Source: Candidatus Terraquivivens tikiterensis
Lineage (GTDB): Archaea; Thermoproteota; Nitrososphaeria_A; Caldarchaeales; Wolframiiraptoraceae
Length of the DNA: 64,000 bases
Direction: 5' to 3'
Assembly: GCA_003056285.1 (NCBI GenBank)
Contig: NDWU01000003.1
Location: 5,522 to 69,521, forward strand
Made by a program: the position numbers and the translations under genes. Shown piece by piece: positions 1 through 8,767 of the stretch; the first letter of the stretch is position 1; each line of letters begins with the position of its first letter. The notes beneath the pieces were generated by a model. The model worked only from the letters and a program-made list of their open reading frames with translations. It did no database searches and was not told where the DNA came from.

Positions 1-714
1 TTACTCCTACATCCCAAAATAATTCACGAGAAACCAGTTTACACACCAATACCCACTTTAAACGAGGAAATGTGCGACCATTGCGGAAAATGTGCAAGTT
101 TTTGTCAGTACAACGCCATTTTCGTCGGCTACAAAAAAGTTCTAATTTTTCCAGAGCTTTGCCATGGATGCGGTGGATGCTTTCTCGTCTGCCCCAAAAA
201 GGCTATCGTCGAGGGGAAACATAGGATTGGAACATTAAAGCAAGGTTTCGTCGGAAATTTGGAGCTTGTTTATGGTGAGCTTGAAGTCGGCGAGCCCATG
301 GCTGTCCCATTGATCAGGGAGGTTAAAAGGCACATCGACAAGGGTAGAAACGTCATAATCGACGCACCACCCGGGGCTTCATGTCCGGTTATAGAGACCG
401 CAAAGGGAAGCGACTTCTGCATCCTTGTGAGCGAGCCCACACTGTTTGGTTTATACGATTTAAAAACAACAGTTCAAGTTTTAAGGGACATGAAAATTCC
501 ATTGGGTGTTGTCGTAAACAAGGCTGGTATAGGCGACAGGAAAGTTTACGAGTACTGTAAAGAGGAAGGCATACCAATCCTTCTTGAAATTCCTTTTCAG
601 AGAAAAATTGCTGAGCTTTATTCGAGGGGAATACCGTTCATCCAAGAGATGCAAGAGTGGAAGGAGGAATTCAGAAGGTTATTCGAAGACGTAAAAAGGC
701 TCGCAGGGAAATGA
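1..714 (+). CDS. MinD/CooC-superfamily P-loop ATPase with inserted 2x[4Fe-4S] ferredoxin domain (5' end outside window)
   Basis: Frame 1 is open from nt 1 (LLLHPKIIHEKPVYTPIPTLNEE precedes the Met at 70). Cluster motifs CDHCGKCASFCQYNAI and CHGCGGCFLVCPKKAI are followed by the IIDAPPG...VVNK ATPase half. The Walker A must lie upstream of the window. Confidence 0.8.
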   Translation, partial: LLLHPKIIHEKPVYTPIPTLNEEMCDHCGKCASFCQYNAIFVGYKKVLIFPELCHGCGGCFLVCPKKAIVEGKHRIGTLKQGFVGNLELVYGELEVGEPMAVPLIREVKRHIDKGRNVIIDAPPGASCPVIETAKGSDFCILVSEPTLFGLYDLKTTVQVLRDMKIPLGVVVNKAGIGDRKVYEYCKEEGIPILLEIPFQRKIAELYSRGIPFIQEMQEWKEEFRRLFEDVKRLAGK

Positions 715-1598
715 GGCAAATAGTTGTTTTGAGCGGTAAGGGTGGAACTGGTAAGACGACAGTATCGGCATCATTTGCCCTTCTAGCAAAGAAAGCCGTT
801 GTAGCCGACTGTGATGTGGACGTGCCGGACATGCATCTGCTTTCGCACCCAGAAATCGTAAAAAAGCAGGAATTTAGGGGCTCAAAGTTGGCGATAATCG
901 ATGGTTCAAAGTGCATAAAATGCGGTTTGTGTCAAAGGGAGTGCAGGTTTGAAGCTATAACGCAAAACTTTACCGTGGACCCGTTCTCGTGCGAGGGGTG
1001 TGGTGTTTGCACAGTTGTCTGCCCAGTTAATGCTATTACGTTAATGGAGCGCATTTCCGGATATGTCTACATTTCAAAGACGAAATATGGGTTTTTGGTT
1101 CATGCTAGGCTCAACCCAGGCGAGGCAAACTCTGGAAAACTTGTAACAATGGTTAGGCTAAATGCCAAATTGTTAGCTGAGGAAGAGAACATCGAGATCA
1201 TAATAATAGACGGTCCTCCTGGAATCGGTTGCCCTGTGATAGCTTCAGTTACAGGTGTTGATGCTGGTTTGGTAGTTACTGAACCTACGATGTCAGGCAT
1301 TCACGATTTGAAGAGGGTGCTAAGACTTTTGGCGCACTTTAATGTTAGGCCGTTTGTGTGCGTGAACATGTACGATTTAAACGTGAACAATGCAGAGAAG
1401 ATCTTGGATTTCTGCAAAGAAAATGGCATAAAAGTCGTTGGCAAAATACCTTTTGATGCAAAAGTTACGGAGGCCATGGTTGCTGAAAAAACGATAATAG
1501 AGTATTCTCCAGAAAGCGATGCTGCAAAAGAGATAGTGGCCATATGGAATCGGATTTGCGAAGAGCTAGGGTTGGGTGAGGCGTCTGCAAAGCATTAG
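711..1598 (+). CDS. MinD/CooC-superfamily P-loop ATPase with 2x[4Fe-4S] ferredoxin domain (paralog of upstream gene)
   Basis: ATG 711 overlaps the upstream stop (ATGA). Walker A LSGKGGTGKTT, ferredoxin motifs CIKCGLCQRECRF and CEGCGVCTVVCPVNAI, and IIIDGPPGIGCPV. Confidence 0.85.
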   Translation: MRQIVVLSGKGGTGKTTVSASFALLAKKAVVADCDVDVPDMHLLSHPEIVKKQEFRGSKLAIIDGSKCIKCGLCQRECRFEAITQNFTVDPFSCEGCGVCTVVCPVNAITLMERISGYVYISKTKYGFLVHARLNPGEANSGKLVTMVRLNAKLLAEEENIEIIIIDGPPGIGCPVIASVTGVDAGLVVTEPTMSGIHDLKRVLRLLAHFNVRPFVCVNMYDLNVNNAEKILDFCKENGIKVVGKIPFDAKVTEAMVAEKTIIEYSPESDAAKEIVAIWNRICEELGLGEASAKH

Positions 1599-2550
1599 GG
1601 AGCTTGTCTTTGGGCCTGTCCCCTCGAGACGTCTAGGAAGAAGTTTGGGGATAAACAACATACCACCAAAAACATGCTCATATTCATGCGTCTACTGTCA
1701 GTTGGGAAGGACAACGAACATGCTTGTTGACAGGCAAGCCTTTTATAACCCTCGAGACATCTTGATGGAGGTTAGAAGAAAAGTCGGTGAGGCTGCTCTA
1801 AGAAAGGAAAGGATAGATTATCTTGCTTTCGTGCCTGATGGGGAACCCACGTTGGATATCAACATAGGCGAAGAAATATCCCTTCTAAGGAAGATCGGCA
1901 TTCCGGTAGCCGTTATAACAAACTCTTCCCTTCTTTGGCAAGAGAGCGTTAGGGAGGGCTTGCTGGATGCCGATTTCGTTTCGTTGAAGGTGGATGCTGT
2001 CAGCCAAGACCTATGGAAGCACGTGAACAGACCTCATAAAAGTTTGAGCTTGGATATTGTTTTAGATGGCATAAAGGAATTTGCGAAGGAATTTAGAGGA
2101 ACCATCGTAAGCGAAACGATGCTAATCGACGGTTTAAAGTACGATGGATGGCTTGAGGAGGTCGCAGAGTTTTTGAAGGGGCTGAAAAGGCTGGACAAAG
2201 CTTACGTTTCTATACCAACGAGGCCACCAGCAGAGAAATGGGTTAAACCGGCTAAAGAGGAGGTCTTAAACTTCGCCTTTCAAATTTTCTCTGAAAAGCT
2301 GGGAAGCGACCGGGTGGAGTTCTTGATAAGCTATGAAGGGAACGCATTTGCCTTTACCGGAAATCTTGAAGAGGATTTGCTGGGCATAACGGCTGTGCAT
2401 CCTATGCGGAAAGAAGCATTGGAAGAATTCCTAAAGAAGGCAAACACAAATTGGCACATCGTTGAGAAACTTTTAGAAGAGAACAAGCTCATAGAGCTTG
2501 AGTATGAAGGAAATAAATATTACATGAGAAAGTTGCCGGGTAAGTATTGA
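1576..2550 (+). CDS. radical SAM domain protein (COG0731-like Fe-S oxidoreductase)
   Basis: N-terminal FGPVPSRRLGRSLGINN followed by the CSYSCVYCQLG CxxxCxxC motif. GTG start overlaps the end of the preceding ATPase gene by 23 nt; the start codon is uncertain. Confidence 0.75.
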   Translation: MRRLQSIRELVFGPVPSRRLGRSLGINNIPPKTCSYSCVYCQLGRTTNMLVDRQAFYNPRDILMEVRRKVGEAALRKERIDYLAFVPDGEPTLDINIGEEISLLRKIGIPVAVITNSSLLWQESVREGLLDADFVSLKVDAVSQDLWKHVNRPHKSLSLDIVLDGIKEFAKEFRGTIVSETMLIDGLKYDGWLEEVAEFLKGLKRLDKAYVSIPTRPPAEKWVKPAKEEVLNFAFQIFSEKLGSDRVEFLISYEGNAFAFTGNLEEDLLGITAVHPMRKEALEEFLKKANTNWHIVEKLLEENKLIELEYEGNKYYMRKLPGKY

Positions 2551-2768
2551 ACGGATCTATCAGGTTTTGGGATCGTAGGCGGAAACCTCACACCCTTAAA
2601 GGATGTGAGCAAACAGGAAGTGTGATTGCCATGAGCGGGTGGACGACGGTAACTGTGCAAAAAGAGGCGGAGGAATTGTTGAAAAGGTTCAGAATCGCTA
2701 AAAGAGAGTCTTATTAGACTGAGTCGGGATGAAGAAATTCAGCTAACATAAAAAAGCCCAAGCTCTAC

Positions 2769-2909
2769 CAAAAGCATAAAGAAAGGCTGCTTGAGACCTT
2801 AGGGCTGTCTGGGCAGACCCGATACGCCTGCTGAGAAGACACGCTTGTAGAGCCCGCAAGCTCCCTCGTTGAAGCAGGAAGACAGCCGGCTTCAGCCGCG
2901 GTAGCTCAC
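2769..2909 (+). mobile_element. IS200/IS605-derived MITE, copy I
   Basis: CTAC|CAAAAGCATAAAGAAAGGC left end and CCGGCTTCAGCCGCGGTAGCTCAC right-end hairpin align with copies C and H of the family. Confidence 0.45.
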
Positions 2910-2934
2910 GAGGTGAAGATCATTAAGGCCGGGC

Positions 2935-3858
2935 TCAGGCTGGCATGAAAACTGGATTGGAGTCCGTTACAGGCCTAGCAAGCTCGAACGCTCGGGCTAG
3001 GTATGGCGGTATGGCGAAGATTCTATGGTGAATTTCGGGCGAGTAAAAATCTAGACCACCGATCCCCCTTTCTTCCAAACGATGCCTGACCTCCTCAGGA
3101 GCGAGGCTCATGGGGTCAGCTGCCTTAGAGCCTAAGACGAAGCCCCACTCTGACATGTAAGACGGGACGAAGACATGGTAGGGTCTAGCTACCGGAAAAA
3201 CGCTCGCTACGGTCTTGTAAATAGCCGCGAAGCAATTCCTGCTGTAGTAGGTCGATGTGGCCTGCGTCACGAACAAACCGTCATCGCTAAGCTTCCTAGC
3301 CAACAGCCGGTAGAATTCCATCGTGTAAAGAAGGTAGGAAGGTCCCCCCTCTAATGGGTCCGTCACGTCGATTATCGTCACGTCGATGGAGCCGTCTGGA
3401 AGCCTCTCGACGTACTTCCTTCCGTCCTCGATGATTATCTTCACCCTTGGGTCTTCAAAGGAATCCATGTGAAACTCTGGAAGGTGTTTCTTGCATACTT
3501 GGACTACTTCCTCGTCCAGATCGACCATGACAGCACTCTCGACAGTTCTATGCTTTAGGACCTCCCTGAGCGTCGCGCCCTCACCGCCGCCTACGATTAG
3601 GACACGCGATGGTTTTGGGTGCGTAAGCATAGCTGGATGGACCAAAGCCTCGTGGTAGATTTTCTCATCCGCGCTGGAGGATTGTATCTTACCGTCGAGT
3701 ACCAAACATAGGCCAAAGTCGTAGGTCTCGACTATGTCGACCTCTTGGTATTTTGTCTTGCCGCTGTAGATGACGCGCTTAACCTTGTGGAGGACTGCAG
3801 AGTTTGGCGTCTGCCACTCCATTATAACCCTCCAGTTTACTTTGCTTCCTTCTGCCAA
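2935..3858 (-). CDS. speE: spermidine synthase (aminopropyltransferase)
   Basis: Typical N-terminal beta-domain, then VLIVGGGEGATLREVLKH SAM/dcSAM site and DLDEEVV. An alternative start MEWQ at 3822 would remove the 22-nt overlap with speH. Confidence 0.9.
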   Translation of the reverse strand: MAEGSKVNWRVIMEWQTPNSAVLHKVKRVIYSGKTKYQEVDIVETYDFGLCLVLDGKIQSSSADEKIYHEALVHPAMLTHPKPSRVLIVGGGEGATLREVLKHRTVESAVMVDLDEEVVQVCKKHLPEFHMDSFEDPRVKIIIEDGRKYVERLPDGSIDVTIIDVTDPLEGGPSYLLYTMEFYRLLARKLSDDGLFVTQATSTYYSRNCFAAIYKTVASVFPVARPYHVFVPSYMSEWGFVLGSKAADPMSLAPEEVRHRLEERGIGGLDFYSPEIHHRIFAIPPYLARAFELARPVTDSNPVFMPA

Positions 3859-4229
3859 AGGACCTCACCCTCTATGATCCCCCGCTTAAGCTCCTTCACG
3901 TACATACGGGTAGGCCTCATCTTCTTCCTAACTACTTCGTATGCCTTCCAAGGGTCCACTTGGCTTCCGCACGTGAACAGGTCTACTGCTGCATAGCCGT
4001 ACTCTGGCCATGTATGTATCGAAAAGTGAGACTCGGCGATGGCCAAGATACCCGTCACACCACCCCCTCCAGAAAACTTCTTGAAAAACTCTCCGAGAAC
4101 TTTAGCCCCCGAGGCTTGGGCCGCCTCGAGTAAGGTCGTCCTCAGAGCCTCCAAATCCCCGAGGATCGAGGCATCGCATCCGTACAGCTCCGCTATTAGA
4201 TGCCGTCCCAACTCCTTCACCTCAATCAC
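3837..4229 (-). CDS. speH: pyruvoyl-dependent S-adenosylmethionine decarboxylase proenzyme (class 1b; an arginine decarboxylase paralog cannot be excluded)
   Basis: GRHLIAELYGC, self-cleavage site AESHFSIHTWPEYGYAAVDLFTCG; sits directly upstream of speE. Confidence 0.85.
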   Translation of the reverse strand: MIEVKELGRHLIAELYGCDASILGDLEALRTTLLEAAQASGAKVLGEFFKKFSGGGGVTGILAIAESHFSIHTWPEYGYAAVDLFTCGSQVDPWKAYEVVRKKMRPTRMYVKELKRGIIEGEVLWQKEAK

Positions 4230-4661
4230 CTCTCAAAGCGAAGGAGTGGTCTGTCCCACCCCCTCTGCGAAGAGTTGTCCTTATTTTGAAGAGCAAAATC
4301 GGCTACTTTTAAACCCTTCGACGTTTTTACGTCTTTATTCAAAGAATTAATTAACATTATAGCGTAGCTAGCAAATCTCCTTATTCAACGTTTTGGCATC
4401 AAAATGCAATAAGGTTCTGTTTAGGTGTTGGTTGCTAAAGCTATCTTCTTGCTCGCCGATCGCTGTCCATGATAAGCGTGGCACCCATCCATATACTTTC
4501 TAGCACAGCACGACACCCATTCCTCATCCCATCATGCGACGATCGTGGCGGTTCTAAAGCCTCATACGTATCCGACCGGTATGGCACGGACTCCAAACTG
4601 CGATGGCTCTTGCCAGGTCCATTTTGGAGACGTCCATCGTTCGCCTTAAGTACTTTGGAAT

Positions 4662-5753
4662 TCACCTAGTAACCTCATAGCTTGAGACGAGCTCAAAAAG
4701 CTCCCTTGCTTTCTCGTTGCTCTCAAAATACCTCCTAATCGGCTCCAGTATCCTGTCTAGGGCATCCACGACCGCTCTTTTTAAGTCTAGCGGATGGATT
4801 CTGCCGAGCTCATAATCTTTCTTTAAGTGTTCGAAGTCCTCGTATAGCACGTCCCCTCCGTACTTTTGCGGCCTCTCTACGTAAACCCTACCCAGCTTTG
4901 GGAAGATTATGTACTTGCAGTATTCTATTATTGGGTTTGACTTTGTGTCTTTTGGCGGACAGTAAGCTTTCATCACTTTTTCCTCGAGCACTTCTCTAGT
5001 GTCGTGTACGTATATGCTTGTCTCCGGCACACTCTTGCTCATCTTGGAGCTTATCTGCATGTCTATCTCCGCATCATCGTCAAAACCCTTTGCCCCAGCG
5101 GGCCCTTTAAGGCCCATGAGCATGTGGTGGTGGACCGCTACTGGCTTAGATAGCCCGAGCTTCGGACCGATCTCCCTTGCAAGCATGTTCGCCCTTCTCT
5201 GGTCAAGGCCAAGCTGGCATATGTCAACCCCAAGATAGAATATGTCGGCGACCTGCATGGCCGGATAGAATAGCTGGGCAGCCTCCTGGAGCTCGCCCTC
5301 CTGCCTACCCATTATCGGGAGGCACCTGAGGAACCTCTTGAGCGTTGCCTCCTTCGCGACGCTTATGACCAACTTCCAGTAATCTCTATCGGCTGCAATG
5401 TCGCTGGCCCAAACGAGCTCCACTTTGTTGACGTCTATACCAGAGGCTTTCCAAACCTCGATTAAGTATTCGCCAACCTTCCTTATCTTCTCTAGGTCGC
5501 CGCCCATCTTCTTGTTTACCATCGCATGCCAGTCGGCGAGCAGCAGTTTGAATCTGCAACCGGCTTCCAGCATGTCCTTCAGCTTTATGGCCCTCAGTAT
5601 CGCGAAAGGTATGTGCGCAAGGCCGCTTGGCTCGAACCCATCATAGGCCACGGGCCTATCGTTCGTCTCCAAGAGTTGCCTCAGTTCCTGAAGCGTTATC
5701 ACCTCTTCTGTAGGCGACCTAGTAATAAGCTCCATCCTCGTCTCTACGTCCAA
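4662..5753 (-). CDS. tyrS: tyrosyl-tRNA synthetase (archaeal type)
   Basis: Collinear with M. jannaschii TyrRS: GFEPSGLAHI, LLADWHA, YPAMQVADIFYLGVD, KMSKS, AYCPP, HPLDLK. Confidence 0.9.
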   Translation of the reverse strand: MDVETRMELITRSPTEEVITLQELRQLLETNDRPVAYDGFEPSGLAHIPFAILRAIKLKDMLEAGCRFKLLLADWHAMVNKKMGGDLEKIRKVGEYLIEVWKASGIDVNKVELVWASDIAADRDYWKLVISVAKEATLKRFLRCLPIMGRQEGELQEAAQLFYPAMQVADIFYLGVDICQLGLDQRRANMLAREIGPKLGLSKPVAVHHHMLMGLKGPAGAKGFDDDAEIDMQISSKMSKSVPETSIYVHDTREVLEEKVMKAYCPPKDTKSNPIIEYCKYIIFPKLGRVYVERPQKYGGDVLYEDFEHLKKDYELGRIHPLDLKRAVVDALDRILEPIRRYFESNEKARELFELVSSYEVTR

Positions 5754-5821
5754 ATCAGCACCTTCCCTTTCGGTTTCATGCTCTACATGCTGCGTGTGTA
5801 TTTAAAAATGATGTGGTCGTT

Positions 5822-5900
5822 TTGCCCCACCACGAACACCACACCCCATAGAGCAGGGCTGCAACCCTTTCTCGGTGCGGCTTAAGGCATGGTGGGGCAA
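5822..5900 (-). ncRNA. candidate structured RNA (long hairpin with internal loops; H/ACA-like guide or pheT terminator)
   Basis: Perfect 11-bp GC-rich inverted repeat TTGCCCCACCA...TGGTGGGGCAA encloses 57 nt. On the minus-strand RNA an inner 7-bp helix CCGCACC/GGUGUGG (needs G-U pairs, fails on the plus strand) and an apical AGGG-UUGCAG-CCCU hairpin form. Confidence 0.3.
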
Positions 5901-5930
5901 TAGAAAAGTCGCCGACCCCGCTTAAAACCC

Positions 5931-7619
5931 TTACTGCACCCTCTTAAGCAAGCTGCGGACTGCTTGGAGCCCTATCTCGACTGCGCTTACGGGCATCTTT
6001 ATGTCAAAGGCTTCCAAGACCTCAGGGCTTACCTCGCCAATTATCCCTATACCGACACCGTCGAGCTTTATCTCTGCAACCCTTCCCTTGATGAAGCTGG
6101 CATGCTCGACCTCCCTTAGACTCCATCCCTTTAAGCCGAGGCTCCTCAGCAACTCCTCCAATACTGACTTAACCTCTGAGAAGGATGCGTCCGCATGGGA
6201 GCTCACGAGTGCCAACCTAGCCTCTCTCCTAACCCGCTCCCCAATGGATTCGTCGACCACCAAGACATCGCCTATTTCAAAAAGCCTGTGCGGGTAAGGG
6301 TTGTGCTTGTTCGTCGCCAGGTTGTATAGCAGACCTGGAAGGAGCCACGTTCTTAGTATGTCGTACTCCGTCGATACTGGGTTAAGAACCCTTACTGGGT
6401 TCTGAGGCTCAACCCTCATCCAAAGATAGTCCCTCGTGCTGTTGGAGAGCGTGAAGTTTATTACCTCCGTAAAGCCGAGCCCGAACATGATTTCCCTACA
6501 AACGTCCTCGAAATTTGTATCTGGGTGAAGTTTACCGAAGCCAGGAGTTTTAGGAACGACGGGCTGGAGGTTGTTGTACCCGAGGCCTATCGCTACCTCC
6601 TCCACAAGATCCACGGGGTGCATGACGTCAAGCCTGTACGGAGGGACCTCGGCGTAGATCACGTCACCCTTGACCTTCCTGACACCAACCCTTGACCTTT
6701 TTAACGCCCTGATAGCCTCCTTCACGGATATGTTAAGGCCGAGCAATTCGTTGGCATACTTTAGCTTGAGCTTCCAGACCCTCGCCCTTAGGTCTGGCGT
6801 AACCATCCTCATGTCATCATAAACTACCCTAACCTGTCTGATCCTTCCGCCGATATCCGCCAGCGCCGTCGTCAGTATGTTCAAAGCTCCGCTTACGGCT
6901 TCTAGGTCTGTACCGGTCACGTCTATGAAGAGCGTATCCGTCCCTTCCGTCAGCTCCGTCAGGGCTGAGTTTATTATGGGCGGGAGCGAGAGCACCTCGC
7001 CGCGCGAGTCCATGATGACCGGAAACAGCCCGGTTCCGGCCACTATATGGCCATACTTACGGCCGACCTCATGCTCCTCGACTATCTCCTGCGGCGTCAT
7101 CCTCCTGAAGCCCTTGAGGGGTACAAAGCTTACCCCGTCCCCCTTTACCGCCCTGTAGAATATCGGCGGCTTGATGACCTTGGCGTTGTGCAGGCCTATC
7201 GCTACCTTCTTCCTATTCCTTCCTACGACCCAGTGCAGGTCTTCCTGCATGGCTATCAGTTCCTCGATCTCTTCAGCGGACAGGTTAAGTCCCTCGACGT
7301 AAGCGGCGACGACCCAAGGCCTGACAGCCTTAACGCTCTCCTCAACCTTCACGTACGTCTTGGGAGGGAGTACTGTGAACTTCGGAATGCCTGTCTCCGT
7401 TCCAAGAATGCCCTTGATTGCCCTGGCAAGACCCGCCGGGCTGGAAAAATCCGGCCTGTTTGGGTTGTACTCAACCTTGACGTAGTCCACCCCGACCTCC
7501 TCGACGGCCACACCGATGTCCGTTAGGACGTCGACGAGCTCGTCTTTATCGAGCCTTTGGCTTAGAAGCTTGAAAAGCCTATCCAGCTTCAGGTTAAGTA
7601 TCGGCACTTCCTCACTCAC
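5931..7619 (-). CDS. pheT: phenylalanyl-tRNA synthetase beta subunit (archaeal)
   Basis: 562 aa with archaeal PheT layout (B3/4 and B5 domains plus a C-terminal class II-like core). pheS lies nearby. Confidence 0.9.
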   Translation of the reverse strand: MSEEVPILNLKLDRLFKLLSQRLDKDELVDVLTDIGVAVEEVGVDYVKVEYNPNRPDFSSPAGLARAIKGILGTETGIPKFTVLPPKTYVKVEESVKAVRPWVVAAYVEGLNLSAEEIEELIAMQEDLHWVVGRNRKKVAIGLHNAKVIKPPIFYRAVKGDGVSFVPLKGFRRMTPQEIVEEHEVGRKYGHIVAGTGLFPVIMDSRGEVLSLPPIINSALTELTEGTDTLFIDVTGTDLEAVSGALNILTTALADIGGRIRQVRVVYDDMRMVTPDLRARVWKLKLKYANELLGLNISVKEAIRALKRSRVGVRKVKGDVIYAEVPPYRLDVMHPVDLVEEVAIGLGYNNLQPVVPKTPGFGKLHPDTNFEDVCREIMFGLGFTEVINFTLSNSTRDYLWMRVEPQNPVRVLNPVSTEYDILRTWLLPGLLYNLATNKHNPYPHRLFEIGDVLVVDESIGERVRREARLALVSSHADASFSEVKSVLEELLRSLGLKGWSLREVEHASFIKGRVAEIKLDGVGIGIIGEVSPEVLEAFDIKMPVSAVEIGLQAVRSLLKRVQ

Positions 7620-7739
7620 CGGCTCGCACTAAATCCACGGGCCCTTCTGATCAGTTACCGGGCCTCTCCCTAAAAAATATTTAAAGCAAGCAAAAAAGTA
7701 CATATACCAAAACCGCCGTATTATGATTGAAAAAAGAAA

Positions 7740-8717
7740 ATGGATGAGGAATCTATAACGAATAAGCAAGAGGTCCGGTCGCTCCTTCAAAAGATGAGGG
7801 ATGGTGCTATCAAGGAGCTTTCGCCGACGGTAGACCCCAAGCAAGGATTGATCTACCCAGAGGCAGAGGCCGAGTTAAAGGAGAACGTACAGTCTACGCT
7901 TGATGCGATACATAGGGAGGGGCTATTCCTGAAAGAGCAGAAAGGGAACGTGACGGCCTGCAAAAAATGCGGCGGAACGTCTTTCATGATAATGTACCGT
8001 TGTCCGAATTGCAATTCCTTAAGCCTAAGGAAGGGGTTGGTCATACAGCACCTGACGTGCGGGTACACGGAGCTGGAGTCCGTGTTTGCCGAGAACAACT
8101 ACATATGTCCGAAATGTAAGAAGAGGCTCAGGGCCTTGGGTGTCGATTACGTAAAGCCCGGTATACAGTATGTCTGCAACGAATGCGGCAATATAACGCA
8201 AAGCCCTACGATCCTACTCCAATGCTGGATATGCGGAGAATTGCAGACGATAGAAGAGGCTAACTATGTAGAAATCAATAAATACAGGTTAGACCATACA
8301 AAACGTGACCTTTTAGCAAAGGTAACGTTCAACCTAGCACCCATCGTTCAGAGGGTATCGGCGCTCGGATGGGTTGCAAAGAAAGGTTACAAGTTAAGGG
8401 GTAAATCGGGCGTAGAGCACACGTTCACGCTGGCACTATGGCCATACGAGTACGGTTCGAAGGGCACGCCGGATGTCGTTGTGGAAATCCACCTAGGCGT
8501 CGTCGAGGAAGTACAGGTCCTCAGTCTTTACGCAAAAGCCATAGATACCGAGATAAGGAACGTGATACTCGCGGCCGTTCCGGCAGTAAGCGATAAGGCG
8601 AAGGCGTTAGCAAAATACTACAAGATAAACATAGTAGAGGCTGAGGATACGGAGGTTCTGATAGAAAAGCTTGCACTCGCAATAGAAGACATTATAAAAA
8701 AGCTACTCGTAAGTTAG
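7740..8717 (+). CDS. uncharacterised multi-zinc-ribbon protein with nuclease-fold-like C-terminal domain
   Basis: Cys pairs CKKCGG..CPNCNS, CGY..CPKCKK, CNECGN..CWICGE. The C-terminal half (GKSGVEHTFTLAL...DVVVEIH...VILAAVP) resembles small restriction-endonuclease-like domains. Possibly the TACK-specific metal-binding family, unverified. Confidence 0.6.
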   Translation: MDEESITNKQEVRSLLQKMRDGAIKELSPTVDPKQGLIYPEAEAELKENVQSTLDAIHREGLFLKEQKGNVTACKKCGGTSFMIMYRCPNCNSLSLRKGLVIQHLTCGYTELESVFAENNYICPKCKKRLRALGVDYVKPGIQYVCNECGNITQSPTILLQCWICGELQTIEEANYVEINKYRLDHTKRDLLAKVTFNLAPIVQRVSALGWVAKKGYKLRGKSGVEHTFTLALWPYEYGSKGTPDVVVEIHLGVVEEVQVLSLYAKAIDTEIRNVILAAVPAVSDKAKALAKYYKINIVEAEDTEVLIEKLALAIEDIIKKLLVS

Positions 8718-8767
8718 ATCACCATCGTAAGCTTGGCTTTATCAGCTCTAGCACATAAGCATAAAGC

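Noticed and set aside
2631-2717. 28-aa ORF MSGWTTVTVQKEAEELLKRFRIAKRESY resembling the N-terminus of small antitoxins
   Set aside because: It is too short, truncated by a stop, and has no toxin partner. It is mentioned only as a possible remnant.
4230-4661. 430-nt spacer between tyrS and speH with 74-aa and 66-aa ORFs; considered a small gene or a minimal RNase P-like RNA
   Set aside because: The ORF products are Arg/Ser/Gly-rich and motif-less. I could not find convincing CR-I/CR-V RNase P blocks or a consistent fold by eye. Left unannotated; an Infernal scan would settle it.
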